Shown here piece after piece: positions 1 through 13,795 of a DNA stretch of 64,000 bases (its first letter is position 1; each line of letters begins with the position of its first letter). Position numbers and translations under genes: made by a program. The notes beneath the pieces are model-generated. The model made no database searches and was not told the origin of the DNA. It was given only the letters and a program-made list of their open reading frames with translations. The stretch comes from Schmidtea polychroa (Eukaryota): assembly GCA_044892525.1 (NCBI GenBank), contig CM097885.1:28522001-28586000 (forward strand), written 5' to 3'.

Positions 1-185
1 GCAAGTTCATCTTGCTCTGAAATTGTCAAATTTTGTACTTCGATATTTTTGCAACAAAATGGATCTCGAACCCATTCATGGTCTGATGTGGTAGAAGGAA
101 AATAATTTCTAAAAGATTCTTAACATTTTTATATATTCAATTAAAATCTGAATTTCTTCGACAGACAGTTTGTTATCAGAATTTT

Positions 186-554
186 CTAAAAATTATCCAC
201 AAATCCATTTTTTTCATTATTGCTGGTGGGTTCGACGTTTCGTCGTCTGGCGATCTCCGCCATCTCGATCGCCACTAGTCTGACTTGATCGATCACGGCT
301 CGATCGATGGCTGCCTGATTCCCCTGGGTTTCTAGTTGTCGGATTCGCAGTCGTAGTGCCTTTATTTTCACCTGGTCTTGAGTAGCCTGGAGTTGCAACT
401 GTTGGATCAACCGCATACTCTTCTTCATTTCTGTAGGGTTGAACCAGGTATTCTCCAGTTCTCGACATCGACCCTTGAGTCTGTCGATCCACCTGCGCAA
501 TTCCTCATTCTGTTTTGCCGCTGTCTCCTTATCTGCCCACAGGTTTTCCATCAA
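186..554 (-). pseudogene. Unknown coiled-coil protein family B, copy 1 (probable spliced exon)
   Basis: Aligns by eye with 2112-2504 and ~48380-48706 (RCRELENTWFNP..IQQLQLQ..KIKALRL vs RCRNMEQTWCRP..IEQLQLQ..GIRALKL). Preceded by a tttag acceptor at the same phase as copy 2, with an in-frame TAA just after it. Confidence 0.5.
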
Positions 555-843
555 TTAGATCACTAAATAATAATTAGGGTGAGAGGTGATTCCATACCGT
601 TCGAACTAAATTAATCAATGATCCGCATAGTTCACTCATGTCATTAACTTAACCGATCTATAGAACGTGTTTGGCGACTATTGTAGTTAATTTTCGATAT
701 TTACGATCTTAGTTAGGACATAGCATCTTAGGAATTAATAATTATGAACAAACACAACTTATTTCCAATATATTGTCACTGAAAAATCGATGAAATGAAG
801 TACATATTATAATTGTAAATTTATTTTTATACCATATATTCAG

Positions 844-847
<4 letters not shown>

Positions 848-937
<90 letters not shown>
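848..937. repeat. (TA)n microsatellite
   Basis: Uninterrupted TA run visible directly. Confidence 0.95.
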
Positions 938-941
<4 letters not shown>

Positions 942-2111
942 ATAAGCCACAATAATACTATTCATAATTCAATATTCAATAATACTATTATGCTGGTTAT
1001 AATTATAATTTTTTTTCCTCGACTCCTTACGAATTGATTGTCAATTGATTTAAGTCCGACTATTATATAATTCCGGTTTGCGTTTGCTATAAAATTAATA
1101 ATTGAAGAATTTGTAACTTGAAATTACGGAAACTGAACCTGGCATAAATGTTGACATCTTAATTTCATTAATTTTTAATATTAATTAACCTAAATACTAT
1201 GAATAAAGTAAGGGAATTAGTCAAATCAAGAAGCAGGAGAAATTCATATAGAATTTTATTTCATTATAAACAAATAATAAATTCGATCCAGACTACTCAT
1301 TCTGAGTCGGCCGATTGGTTACGGTGGGACTTCGACTTCGAGGGGGCTGCATTTCCTAAAATACAATAATACGTCATCAAATCCAACACCCTAGGCTTAC
1401 CTTTGGTGCCAATAGCTTGTGACGAACAACAATAATCATCTTACCACAAATATTGGGAACCGAAACCGGGTTTTGTACAAATAAGCCATGACCAAAGCAC
1501 CACCAACGATCTGGGGTTTCCAATTGGGCTGGGAGCGAAATAAGAATGCTATTATCATAATACAATGAAATTTGAACCATGACTATTACTAAAAACAAAA
1601 ATTAGCACAATAAAACAAAGGTTACCATGGTTAAGTTGATTAATTTCATGCCATAAATGCCTAATATGCTCTACCACTTAAGTACAACTCGATTTTTAAC
1701 CTAGAAATGATTTTGATAAATTTATGGATTGATTCTTACCATAGCGTATGATTTTGATAAAATTGGTGGGTTACAGGTGGTCAGACATCTCACCCTTTCG
1801 TGCTGTTTCCAGTGTAACCCAGAATACAAGGTTGATTCTACCAATGGACACCCGATGAGCGATCATCGTTGGTAATGTGTCAACTGGGTGAGTACTCGTA
1901 AAAAGTGAGCGCACTACTTGCACTATAATTGTCGGGTACTCTTTGGGTCCACGGACTATCGATAGAAGATTTGTGTCCGATTTCATTGGTCCTTTGCCTC
2001 TATTGTTTTCCCAAAATCGCACACCTCATCACTCAACTTCATCATTCAACACGCGTGATTTCAACATCAAAAGTTTACAATTTTATTTATACATCGATCC
2101 GGTTTTGTCCA

Positions 2112-2504
2112 TCAACCATCAAGCGGTTTTAACTTTGCTGATTCTGGTTCCAGTCCTTGCTCGGCTAGCCGCAGTCGTTTAATCTGCTCCCGACCATCTC
2201 GGCCTAACCGCTTTCGTTTGGCTTTGGGCTTGGCTGGGTGAATTTCGGCCAATTCTATAGCCATTGGTCGGATGGCTGCCGTGACGTGTAGTTTCAGGGC
2301 ACGTATCCCGGTTTTGTGTTGGACGCTCTGGAGCTGCAGCTGCTCAATCTGCTTCAAGTACTTATGTACCACTTCGGGACGACACCAAGTTTGTTCCATG
2401 TTCCGACAACGTTCTTTAAACTTGTTGATACTGGATTGGAGTCGCTCGACCTGCTGCTGAGCCTGCTCCCTATCTTTCCGGAGGCCTTCGAATAACGTGT
2501 ACAC
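2112..2504 (-). CDS. Unknown coiled-coil protein family B, copy 2 (probable spliced exon)
   Basis: GC-richer ORF with heptad-like Q/E/K/L composition, a ttttag acceptor at its 5' end, and two paralogues in the window. Confidence 0.5.
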   Translation of the reverse strand: MYTLFEGLRKDREQAQQQVERLQSSINKFKERCRNMEQTWCRPEVVHKYLKQIEQLQLQSVQHKTGIRALKLHVTAAIRPMAIELAEIHPAKPKAKRKRLGRDGREQIKRLRLAEQGLEPESAKLKPLDG

Positions 2505-2774
2505 TAAAACGAAGCTAACATCAAATGACTTTTAACATGTATTATTTCGCTATCGCTTGTAGGCGTTCTCCGAGATAAAAATTTTTATATCCATATACGA
2601 GATACTAAGCTCCATATGGGAGCGGCTTAACCTTAGGGCCCAACTGTAAGAATATATTTTTAAAACAAATTCATTTATTTAATAAAACGGAAGTCAGAGT
2701 TTATCAAAAATCACTATAATCAAAAGAGTATAATCATAAATGTCCAATGAGATAGTCGGGGGGTTTCGTTGGTT

Positions 2775-3161
2775 TTAACTTCGGGGGACCTTCTTGCGGG
2801 GTTGGCCCCGTTTTTTCCCGGGCATCGGCTCAACTTCAGCCTCTTTAATGGGTCGGCCGGCTTCGACGGCACGGATCTGAGCCTCAATCAAGCGCAGCTC
2901 ATATTGCACTCTGGCGATGGCACCCATGGTGCGGTCTTGAGCCTCTACGAGCCAATTGTTATCCGGTTCCGTCTTCACCGACGCCGGGGCACTAGCCTCC
3001 AAGCCTTCCAGGATTACTCGATCCGAACAGTCCAGATCCCGACCCTGGCTCCATCGATGGATGTGGTGCCAGATATGTCTGGAGTGGAGGCGCGTAGTCG
3101 TCGCGTCGCATTGGTCTTCCTCACTCTGCTCACTGGAATTCGACATTCTGAAATTTTTCAT
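2775..3161 (-). CDS. Unknown protein family A (TRLxSRxIWxxIHxW motif), copy 1
   Basis: 128-aa GC-richer ORF sharing TRLHSRHIWHHIHRW with TRLRSRWIWYCIHDW in 49886-50233. Confidence 0.45.
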   Translation of the reverse strand: MKNFRMSNSSEQSEEDQCDATTTRLHSRHIWHHIHRWSQGRDLDCSDRVILEGLEASAPASVKTEPDNNWLVEAQDRTMGAIARVQYELRLIEAQIRAVEAGRPIKEAEVEPMPGKKRGQPRKKVPRS

Positions 3162-4390
3162 TATAGATTACTACCATTTTCATTTAAAATATCACGTTGA
3201 TCACCATTTTCGATTATTATATTCTCATTATTAATTTTCTTTTTCTGTTTGTTTAAAATTATTCATTTATGATAAACCTTTAAATTGAGAGAATGTTTTA
3301 ACTTTAAAAAATTTTGGTTTATGTGTCCTTGGCTAATGAAAATTTGCTACCATGAAGATTTCAGGTAATTGAACCGATTTCTTATTATTTACTTTTGTTT
3401 GTTTTCAGCCGATTGTAGTTCAATATCCGGACAAACCGTCGTAGAAGATATGCACATATCAACCTTTGGAATATGTTACTTCGATACCGATGGTTAGAAG
3501 GGAATCTAAACTTACCGGACAAATATAAACTGGATCTTCTGTGTCATTCAATCAACTATAACTTGGGAGATTGGACTTTAGAGAGAAATTATTGAGTGTA
3601 AAGTGCTCCGGTAAATTTGTATTCCGAATAAATGAAGTTGAAAATTGATATTTTCTTTTTCGTCCTTACTTTGTAATTGTACTGCTATCGTAATTTATAC
3701 ATGTCAAGTTAAAATGATTCGTATATTATAATGTTATTGATATTGTAACTTATACGTGCAAATTTAAAATGATTCGACAACTTGTATTCTGAGTAAAGGA
3801 AATCGGAAAATAATTTTTACCTTTTCAGTTGAATATCCCTGCTGTATACCATGGCTTAAGCGAAGTTTTAGCGGAACATAGGTTAGAATTAGAAATACAA
3901 GCAGATCACAGCTCAAAATTTTTGAAGAATGATTTAAATATTATGAAAAGTACGGAGCAATATTTTTTAACTTGAAAATAACGGTGGATTTTTTTGAAGG
4001 ATAATTTACATATTCACAAATATTACAGAAAACACAGAGCAACATTTACTAACAGAAAAATAAGGGCGGATACCTGCGTAAAACTTTTGAATTAACATTA
4101 GAAAACATCCAGAATGAGGACCACAGGTAAATTAAGGCAACGATAATGTAACACTAGAATAGATAATGACGTAAGACTTTCTAGAACTCGAAAATGTAAA
4201 TATCATGAGTAGTTTTAGTAATAGAGCTCACTTACCAAAGGATTTTCAGCCATTGTGTACAGTGCCAACATGGTCGTTGCCATGGGTACACAGATGGTAT
4301 AAGCACAATAATCATGAAGGTGTTTAGAAAGAAGTCGATTCAACATCTATAAGAACCCTTAACACCATTAAAAATAAAATGGCACACCCT

Positions 4391-4627
4391 TAAGGGTCAA
4401 CTTGTTTAATTGTCCTTTTAAGCTTGGTTCGTAGTATAATCGTCCGCGTTTCTCGACGGAGCAACTCGTACAATTCATCGGTCACCTCATAATCTGACAG
4501 ACAACTGAAACCTGTATCATTAGCTGCGGTGATTTTCTTGACTTGTAATCTCTCAATATCTGCCTCATTTGCTAGTGGAGGACCACTTTGTTCAAATTGA
4601 TTCTTAATACTCGTTACACACTTTGAT
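4391..4627 (-). pseudogene. Fragment of an RNF115/RNF126-like RING-H2 E3 ligase
   Basis: After a ttttcag acceptor reads SKCVTSIKNQFEQSGPPLANEADIERLQVKKIT..SCLSDYEVTDELYEL, resembling the pre-RING NQFENTGPPPAD..I..LP..V motif. The RING is broken off. Confidence 0.45.
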
Positions 4628-6518
4628 CTGAAAACATGAAATCTGACGAATTGGATCTAAAATCCTGCGGCAGCAATACACCAAATAAATTTTATATTAG
4701 TTGGCCAAAAACACTATTAAAGTTATCAGGATCTCTTGGAATCATAAAAAATTGAACCATCAGTTTCGTTTGTAGTATTTCCAACAGGAACATGACGAAT
4801 AATATGAGAAACATTCAAGGCATCATCCTTATTTTCCATTGAGTTATAGCGACTAATATGAAAAGCATTCCAGGCATCATCATTATTTTCCATTGAGTTA
4901 TAACGAGTAATATGAAAAATCATATATTTTCCCAACAGGATAGGAATTCAAACAATTCCAACAAATCAAAAGCAAATTCAAATCGAACCAAAAAATCCAA
5001 CTTGAAAACAAAACTCACAATTCAAAAACATCCAACCAAAACTCTGAGTCGAAATCGATCCAAACTCTGACAATATTCACAATTGTCCGCGTCTGTGTGC
5101 GCACACAAAAACCTCCAAAAACCAGTACAACGCACACAGACGCGAGCATCGAAATTAAATCACAATTGTAATAACAAAAATTACGCTATTGGCGACATTA
5201 CTGCATTCATCTTTCCTATTATTAATCTGTCTATGTATTATCGTAATTATCTATATTAATCGTAAGTACTCCCAATTTTTATCCTTAAGATTTATGTTTT
5301 GAATAAATGGATCTGAAATTAATTAGTGAAAGTCCATTACTGTAAAAGTCCATATTTGTTTTGGAAAGAATAGTTAATTTTATTTTACATTACCATAATC
5401 AATCACCTTCATTTTTTGTTTTTGGACGAAACAGTGGGACCCACTTTCATAGGCTCTGTTAAACAATGTCACTGATCTGACCATTCCAAAAGCACATAAT
5501 TCTGGATTTAACTATCAAACTGGGGACTAACTTATCCAATTGGGTCTGCAACCGCTGTTTTCGAACAACTACAAATAAGTGTACCTCCATTATGTGACAA
5601 AAATAGAGGAAACTTAAAAAATGAATGGTCACAAGAGAATCAATAAGTGCTGATGAGGAAAAGATGTCAACTGACGACCCTTATCCAATTTCCAGCCTTT
5701 GGAATACACCACAAATAAGTTAACGAATCCCTATAGCACGCGTATTAATAACATGACCATTGTTTCAGTTAATTATCATTCTGAACACCTTCATTAACTG
5801 CGGTTAATATTTAACCATTTGAGTGCTGACTGGTTTTCCTAAATACTATTCAATTTTTGCTGAACAAAAACATTGAAAAATTATTTTTTTAAATATTTAA
5901 TATCTTTCATAATTTTTAACATATTTTAATAAAAATTTCACACACAAATACATTTTTAATGTATTGATTAAGTCTAATTAAAATTTATAAAATATTTTTT
6001 GCAAATAATGTCAAAGTTTGTACCATCACATGGCATACGAAAAGCCAATCAGTATAAGATTAAATAAATTTATTTCTTCAATACATCCATTTTGTATAAT
6101 TCAAAAACTGCGATAATAACTTCACCGTAAAAAAGCTTCATAATCTATATCGCAACTAATAAATACTGCATAGAAAATGAAAATGATCCTCTTTATCAGA
6201 AATGATTCGAGTAAATTTCATGTCATTATTAAACAGTTTCAACAATGAGAAAATATTTTTAAAAAAACCCAAAAAAAAACAATTATTAATTATTTAGTCA
6301 TAATTAATATAAAAAATTATATTATTATTCACATTTAATGAAAATAAGTCTACACAAAAAAACGAAATTCATATATATAAAAGTCTACACATTTATTGAT
6401 CCAACTGTACTGCATGATTATATACAATTTATATTTTATGTAACACTATACAGTTTAACGCTGGCCTCAACTGATGTGCACGCGCGTCTACTCACTCACT
6501 CACTCACTCATAGTTTTG

Positions 6519-9500
6519 TCAGATAGCTTGTGACATCGATGTGAATCCGTAATCCTGAAAGGTAATAACGCAATAATAATGATAATAATAATAATAATAG
6601 CAGTAATAATAATAATAATAATAACATCTGCTCAACATAGCTAGCAAATAAATACACTTACAGATATAGAAAATATTGATATAAATCTCGATTGTTACAT
6701 TTTCGTGCTGTGGATAAAAATTAATTTAAAGTAAATTACTACATTATTTATCTTAAATATGTTTGTTTAGAGCCTAAATTGAATATTTATCAATAAACTT
6801 TTTGTGAATTAAAAAAAATCCCTATTATGCGTATTTAAGCGGTAGATAGGTTCCAGGAAAACTCCAGGAAATGGATAAGCTTCAAAAATAAAAGTCATTG
6901 TAAAATCAAAAAATTATACTTCAATATACACGCAAAAAATTTAAAACAATAATAATTTTATTATTCCGCCTCCCCTCTCTGATACAGTCGAGCCCGCCTT
7001 ATTGATTTTTTTGTACACATTCACAGCCAGTTGTAATGGTATTATTAATTGTAATTATTAATTTGATAATTAGTTTGTTTTAATAAATAAACAGAAGATA
7101 GCAATAGGAATGAATTGGAAGACGAAATTGATCAATTGCCGGTACCTGCGATATTGGAAGTTAACCATTCACCTAAAACAATCTTTTCTTTTGTCCTCAT
7201 TCGTAGATGAAGTGAGTAAATTTAATCAATTATGGACTTTGTTGTTTTTTTATATTCCTTTTTTATATTCCAGTATTGTTTAAGTTCCAGTATTGATATA
7301 AACTCATATCATAGCAATGAAATGAAAAGTTCTATATTAAATCAACGATCAACAAATAATACGGCAAAAACAATCGATTTTTATACGATTTTTATAAGTC
7401 GTATGAATTGTGACATTCCTATCAAATCCGATTTAAGCGGGCACGACTGTATATACAGCAGTGTTTCCCAACCTGTGTGCCGCGACAAATTATCAAAATT
7501 GATAGGGTTTATCAACTGTGAAACTACACGGCTAGCTCTAGTGAATTTTTTTATAACTTATCAATTACTTCAAAATTGCGCTATATCAATTCTGGCAACG
7601 TATTGTGCTTTTTAATAACTGCTCGTATTTTTTGCAGTTGTTTCAAGTGGCATTATATATGAATGCCTCTCTCATTTAAATTCGTTTCCAAGCTTAATAT
7701 ATATTCTGAAAATATTCCTTCTTCATAATTTCCTGGAAATATTTGGACAAATAATAGCAGTGGAAATTAATTATTGAATCGCAACAATAGGTGCAAACTT
7801 CTTAAAGTTTCTTTAAAATAATGCAGTAAACACAGGCACTGAGCACTGGGTAAATAATTCCACTGAAGGCATTCGATTGGTTGAAACAGGAAATGTTCGA
7901 AATGCATATCAATAATACACCACAGATTAAAATATCGATATTAATAAATAAAAATGATAAAAACACGATTTAATAGCATAAATTTTATTTTATAGATACT
8001 AATGATAAACAATCATTAGAATAAGTTTTACCAATGATGCTAGATTGACAATTAGAAATTAACAGGAAATTTATAGTGAAAACTTACTGGGAATTGAGGA
8101 CTAGCGTTAACAGAACCTCCTTGTTGAGGACTGGCATTAACAGAACCTCCTTGTTGAGATATAAACTGTGCAGAATTGGACGGTCCTCTTGGCATGGATT
8201 GCATATTCAGCGATGCATGATGTGAACCGATTCCTTGATGCATCATATGGAGCTGTGAAATAGGCTGAACACCCATTGATACTGATGACTGACTAACTCT
8301 CATTGCATGCTCTGAAAATGAAGGACCGTTTGGAGGCATCGGGTTGCAATAATCGGCGATATTATTTCCCATAGTTGCAATGGCTTCCATATTTGGATTA
8401 TGTAACTGGGGTGAATGCTTCATTGAGACTGGCGGCTCGAAATTCATTCCTGAAGACGGCATATATTCCATAGTATGAGACTGATGTTGTGAGAACTGAG
8501 GCATTTGTGGTCCACCGTTTCGACCATTCAACATACCAGATAGATTTTGTTGATCTGAATTGCTCTGTGAAGCTGGTGGTGGAGGAAATGCTGGAGCAGG
8601 TTGAGAAATTACATGAGATGGGCTCCTAGATGAACCATTGGGTCCAAATGGATCTTGACCAGGATTGTTTTGCTGTAACTCATTTTGTAAACTATCTTTG
8701 GGACTAGCCATTATCTGAGGACCTGCTTGGGGAGTTCCAGAAGGACCTGGACTATGAACTATTCCAAGTGAAGAAGCTGGATTTCCCATAAACCTATGTC
8801 TAGGCATTGCCCCCACAGGATGATAATTAGGCATTAACGGACCTTGTGAAAATGGATTTGAATAAGGAACACTTGTGTTCCTCATTAGATCTATAGGCTG
8901 TCCACTGATGTTAGGCATAGGATAACCAGGCTATAAATTTATTGTTTCAAATTTTTGTTTAACAATCAAATTAAACGTCGCATTGCAGTACCACCAAAAG
9001 ATAAGATCATGACGAGAAAGGATTCATTAGAATATGTTCAGAAAGGATCGAAAAACAAAAAGAAAACGTTTATACCAGTTTTCATTGAAAACCAAATTTT
9101 ATAAATAAAAACATAAGTATATGAATATCAACAAAAACTTTAATTGATTATAAATTAAAACAAAAGTTCGCTAAATTCATAAAAATTATAATTTTTACAT
9201 TTGATAATTTTTTAAATCATTTAATTCATTTTAAACTTAAAGACATTGTTGCGTGATTAATCTTTTTTTTGGTCAAAATAAATTTTATTTGCGGTCCCTG
9301 AAAATTGTACATCTTAAAAATTTAACAATGCAAATTAAAACAATAAACGAAATTAAAAACGTGAAAATGTGAATTGGGCGGGTATTCGGACTAGTAGCTG
9401 ATAAGATTATGAAATTTACAATTATTTTATACGTGAACAAATTAAGAGAAAATTTTCAAATAACCTTTTAATAGCATATGTTTTATATCTTAAGCATTCA

Positions 9501-11510
9501 GACTTTTGACCGGACAAAAATGTTCAGTAATTTCAATAGTAAATTTGATCCAATTATACATCCTTTTTATCAGAGTTTGCATTTTTAAGTTTGTTATGAA
9601 TAAAAATGATTTTAAATTAAAGATTTATTATTTCACTATTTATACTTCTTAATTGTATTTCAGTTTATCCCTCTAGGTATCCGAAAATCATATTTAGCGC
9701 TGAGATATGATATCTAGGCCTCATATTTCAAACTGTACACCAGATATACATTATGACCTAAATGTAGCAGAGCAAATAATGTTAAAGCGCCTCTAACAAT
9801 GAATTTGTCATATATAATTGCTAATTTCCTGATTTGTCTATAATTGCAAATAATTTCCTTTGGATAAATTTAGAATGATATTGATTCATAATGAATTCGT
9901 GATTATAGTTTGATTGTATATTGTGATTATAAATATCAAAAACACTAACAGGGAAAAATGAGCTTCCTGGAACTAGCATCGGACCACCTTGGATAGATAC
10001 TGGAGTATGAATATTATTATCTGGTGGTATTATACCTTGTGATGACGGAGGCCTTCCGCCAGTAGGCGGCATTCCACAGCTCATTGGAATGGGTATTGAT
10101 GGATTCTACAAATAAATTAGTTTAGAAACTCGTGTAGAATTTATAATCTTTAAAATTTGTGTTATAAATCGATATTATCGTCAACTTCCTGTTACATATT
10201 TTTTTGAAAACATAAAAATAAAGTTTAATCAAATTATTATACAAGCGGACAAAATATTTTATCTTCTCTTTCATATAGGTTCCGCATTCGGTGTATGAAA
10301 CCCGCCTATCTGGTCAATAGAGTTCTTTAAAATATCCTTCGATTTAGATTTTGGAGGCAATTGTGAAAGAGATCAATTTGAATGCCTTATAATCTCCTAT
10401 GGCGAATTAATTTACAACAAATGTAAGAAATAACCAAATCTTATTGGCACTGTCACACAAGTTTCGCATTCGGTGTATGAAAAAATATTTCAATAAAAAT
10501 AATTTCTAACTGCGAGCAAAAAAATCGGTTATAATTAATCACCAGCTGTCGATGGAATTTTATTATAGAAAATAACCCGAAAGAGAGAAAATAAAAACCA
10601 AATTACAATTTTATCCAATTAAATCCACTGGATAGATATAAATGATTTATATGGGGAAAATAACAAGTGAGATCCACTGACAGCTAAAAAATTTAAATTC
10701 AAAATTTAAAACAAACAAGTTAAGGAAATTATAATCGTTTCAGTGTTTTCAATTAAAAAAACAACACTACAATGATGCGCATGCATTCAATGAGGAAAAG
10801 CCGTTAATTTAAAGTCAGTTGCTGATGACACACGCGTTTTAGAGTAATAGGATACAAATAACAATTTAGTTGACTTGCGTTAAAGCAATACACTAATAAT
10901 TATCATATATAGTAACAATTTATTTGACAATTATAATTGTATAAATTCCAATGTTTAGAAAAATCGTATAAAAATTAACATTCAACTCACTCTTGGTGAT
11001 CCATTTGGATATCCAGAATTACCAAATCCCTGTTTATCAAAAATCGAATCAATAATATCCCTTATAATCAAATTCTACATACATAATCATGAAATGCTTT
11101 AGATTCACTTGAATGCTCAAAGGGTGGCTCTAAGTTTAGTCTTTCTTCGGGCGCGGTGTATAAATCATAAAAGACACTAAAATGTAATCATTTAAAATTA
11201 TTGATTGAAATAAAATGATGCTCACCACCACCATTCATTTAAAAATCCTGGAGATTCACCAATTTGCCGTGGTTTTTCCCAACGCATCTAAAATTAATTT
11301 TGAATTTAAAACTATTTTTTTATGAACGAATAATAACTTCTTGTAAAAATGTTTGTGCAGATTTAGTTGCACCAATATGTATTAGATATTCATAAACATG
11401 ACATGCTAATCTGTTGCAATAATAAAAATCAATGTCAATGGATAAATTTTTTACTCTTCTTTAGCTTCTGAATCGGATGGCACTGATGTGCCTTTACTTT
11501 TCGGTAACAT
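6519..11510 (-). CDS. SSBP3: Single-stranded DNA-binding protein SSBP2/3/4 (SSDP) family, LisH/LUFS domain, copy 1. Exons 11455-11510, 11338-11410, 11226-11287, 11083-11176, 10991-11029, 9950-10105, 8088-8930, 6519-6554 (~452 aa)
   Basis: Spliced translation [78 protein letters not shown] matches the SSDP N-terminus, followed by a P/G/M-rich region. All introns are GT-AG with consistent phases. Last exon (DYGFTSMSQAI*) is less certain, and the paralogue number is not resolvable. Confidence 0.9.
6985..7449. mobile_element. Tc1/mariner-pogo-type non-autonomous element in last SSBP intron
   Basis: TIRs CAGTCGAGCCCGCCTTA / TAAGCGGGCACGACTG flanked by TA on both sides. Confidence 0.75.
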
Positions 11511-13439
11511 AGTACGTTTGAATAATATTTTTAAAAAACTTATAGAAATAAATGTTGATAATTCAAAATATTAAAACACAATATTTGGAATAATTTAAAC
11601 AAAGTAATTTAGCTATTAATTGTAAAAATTGAAATTACAATTTGTTGATTTTTTTTTACAATTGCATGGGTTCATTTTAAAAATTTTTTTAAATTATAAC
11701 ATGGATTTAAATCTATTAATAAAATGTTGTAAATCACAGGACAATTAGTGTTTGGTTCAAGAGCTATATTATAAAAATTTTGTATCATTTGTTAATTATG
11801 AGTTACAATCAACGTATCCTTTGAGTTGCGAGCGTGCATTAGCACGCAGTAAACGTGAATAATAATCGATTAAAATTTGTTCAATTTTTTAATCAATTGC
11901 GCAAAACTTTATCAAACGCAATTGAAAAATAATTATTCTGATGATAAGAATTATTCTAATAATAATGTTAATAAATAAAAATTTAAAACAAAATCTTATT
12001 CGGATAATTCAAATGTATATATAAAAATAATTAATTATAAATTTATAAAAACAATTTCACTGATTATTTCCGACATTTAAAATCTTGCAGTAAAATAAAT
12101 ATTGATTAAAATTTTAAATAGAAATTTACTAACAAAATGCAATTAATTACCATCTAATTTCAAATGTTGTAAGCAGAATAGCATTTGGATGTTTTCGAAG
12201 AAAAAAAAGCCACGGTAATAAAAAAAACTTTCAAAAACTAAATACGATTTATTTTCATAAAGTATCACAAAAATTTTCCTACCTGATTTATCAAATAGAC
12301 AATCTTACGCGATAATAAGATCTAAATTATTGATTGAAAACAAATTTTCGTGAAATAAATTCCCCCATGAAATAGGAAATATTTTATATTGGTTGATATT
12401 ATTTCTTATACAATTTTCACTTCGTCATTTAAGTCTGTGAGATACACTATAGGTGCATTTAATTTAGAGCACAATATTCCACTAAGTCCTGTTCCAGAAC
12501 CTAACTATTTTTTTATAATTTAGGAAAATCATGATAATCAATATACTTCTAATATAGTTTTGTTTTTAATTAAATTGTAATTTTTAATTAAATAAGTGGC
12601 TAATACTTCATTGCATTATGGCATCCGTGTTTATTTAAGTTAGTCTAAAGAAAATAAGAGCATCAAATTAAGCAAAAAAAATTAATACATCCTCAATGTG
12701 AATATCTAAACTTTCATCGTGTATGGTAAATTGAAACTTACGTAAAACCATAATGATAATTAGTAATATTGAAAACTGTAAAATCAAGCCTTGATATAAA
12801 CAAAGCATTTATATAACAAATTTCATATAAATTCTATTCATTTCATATAATTTTTTAAAAATACAATTTAATGTTTTTCAAAAAAACTAATTAATATATA
12901 TATTTTTTGTTCATAGATTCATTCCAAATTAATCATTTGAACTTTAGTCTGACTTTAAATTCTTAACCGTTATTTAAAAATGTTTAGATATGTTTATTTG
13001 CTTGTTGAATAAAAGTTCAGTATAATAGATGGCTACAATATATTAAATACGTTAGAAGATAAACTTGAAAGTAACATATCATGTATTACATTTCAGTTTA
13101 TATTTTTGGTTAGTTTTAATGAATTGTCGTACTTCTATGGTGTTTAGTTGATCATTCATTTTTAAAAAACTAAACCATTTATATCTTTTCAAGGCTTCTT
13201 CATGTGGTTAATGGTTAGCATAAATTTTGAGGTTTGTCAGACCCCAACCCTCTCTAAAGTCCTACTGTGCTTGTAAGAACAGTTTCACAAAGCTGAAACT
13301 TTATAACTTTTCATGTTTTCTGTCATTTATCGGATGATACTAATGTGAAAGCTTATATCACAAAATTTCGATGTCAATTTGTATTTTGATGGTGGCATAT
13401 TTTATGAGGACTCACAGACCCCATAGAAAATATTTAATA

Positions 13440-13795
13440 CAGTGTTTCTCAGACTTTTCTCGCTCGCGGCACATCTGCCCAAAATTTAAAATTTTTTACA
13501 AATTTTTTGATTTTCCAATGATATATAAAAAAGCTAATTTTTAGTCTATACTAATTAAATATGATTACGAGAGATTTTTAATTTTAATAAAAGTACAAAA
13601 TTAAAAAAAATTAATAGTTCTTTGTAAATAAATTTTTATTTTTGTGTATTCTTTGGGAAATTCCACATCAGAGACTTTTTCATAGTAAAAAGCTTGATAT
13701 AGTTTTTGTAAATTTATTTTATTACTAACTTTTTTGGGAAAAACAATTCGCGGCACACTTGACTCAATTGGCGGCACACTGTTTGAGAAACACTG
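13440..13795. mobile_element. hAT-type MITE
   Basis: TIRs CAGTGTTTCTCA / TGAGAAACACTG with subterminal GCGGCACA motifs; TSD decayed. Confidence 0.7.

Noticed and set aside
7232..7615. 127-aa ORF with signal-peptide-like start (mirror 42648-43031)
   Set aside because: Runs across MITE sequence, antisense within an SSBP intron; conservation is explained by the duplication.
10280..10482. Direct repeat CGCATTCGGTGTATGAAA in SSBP intron 5
   Set aside because: Probably a transposon remnant; no TIR/TSD pair could be defined.
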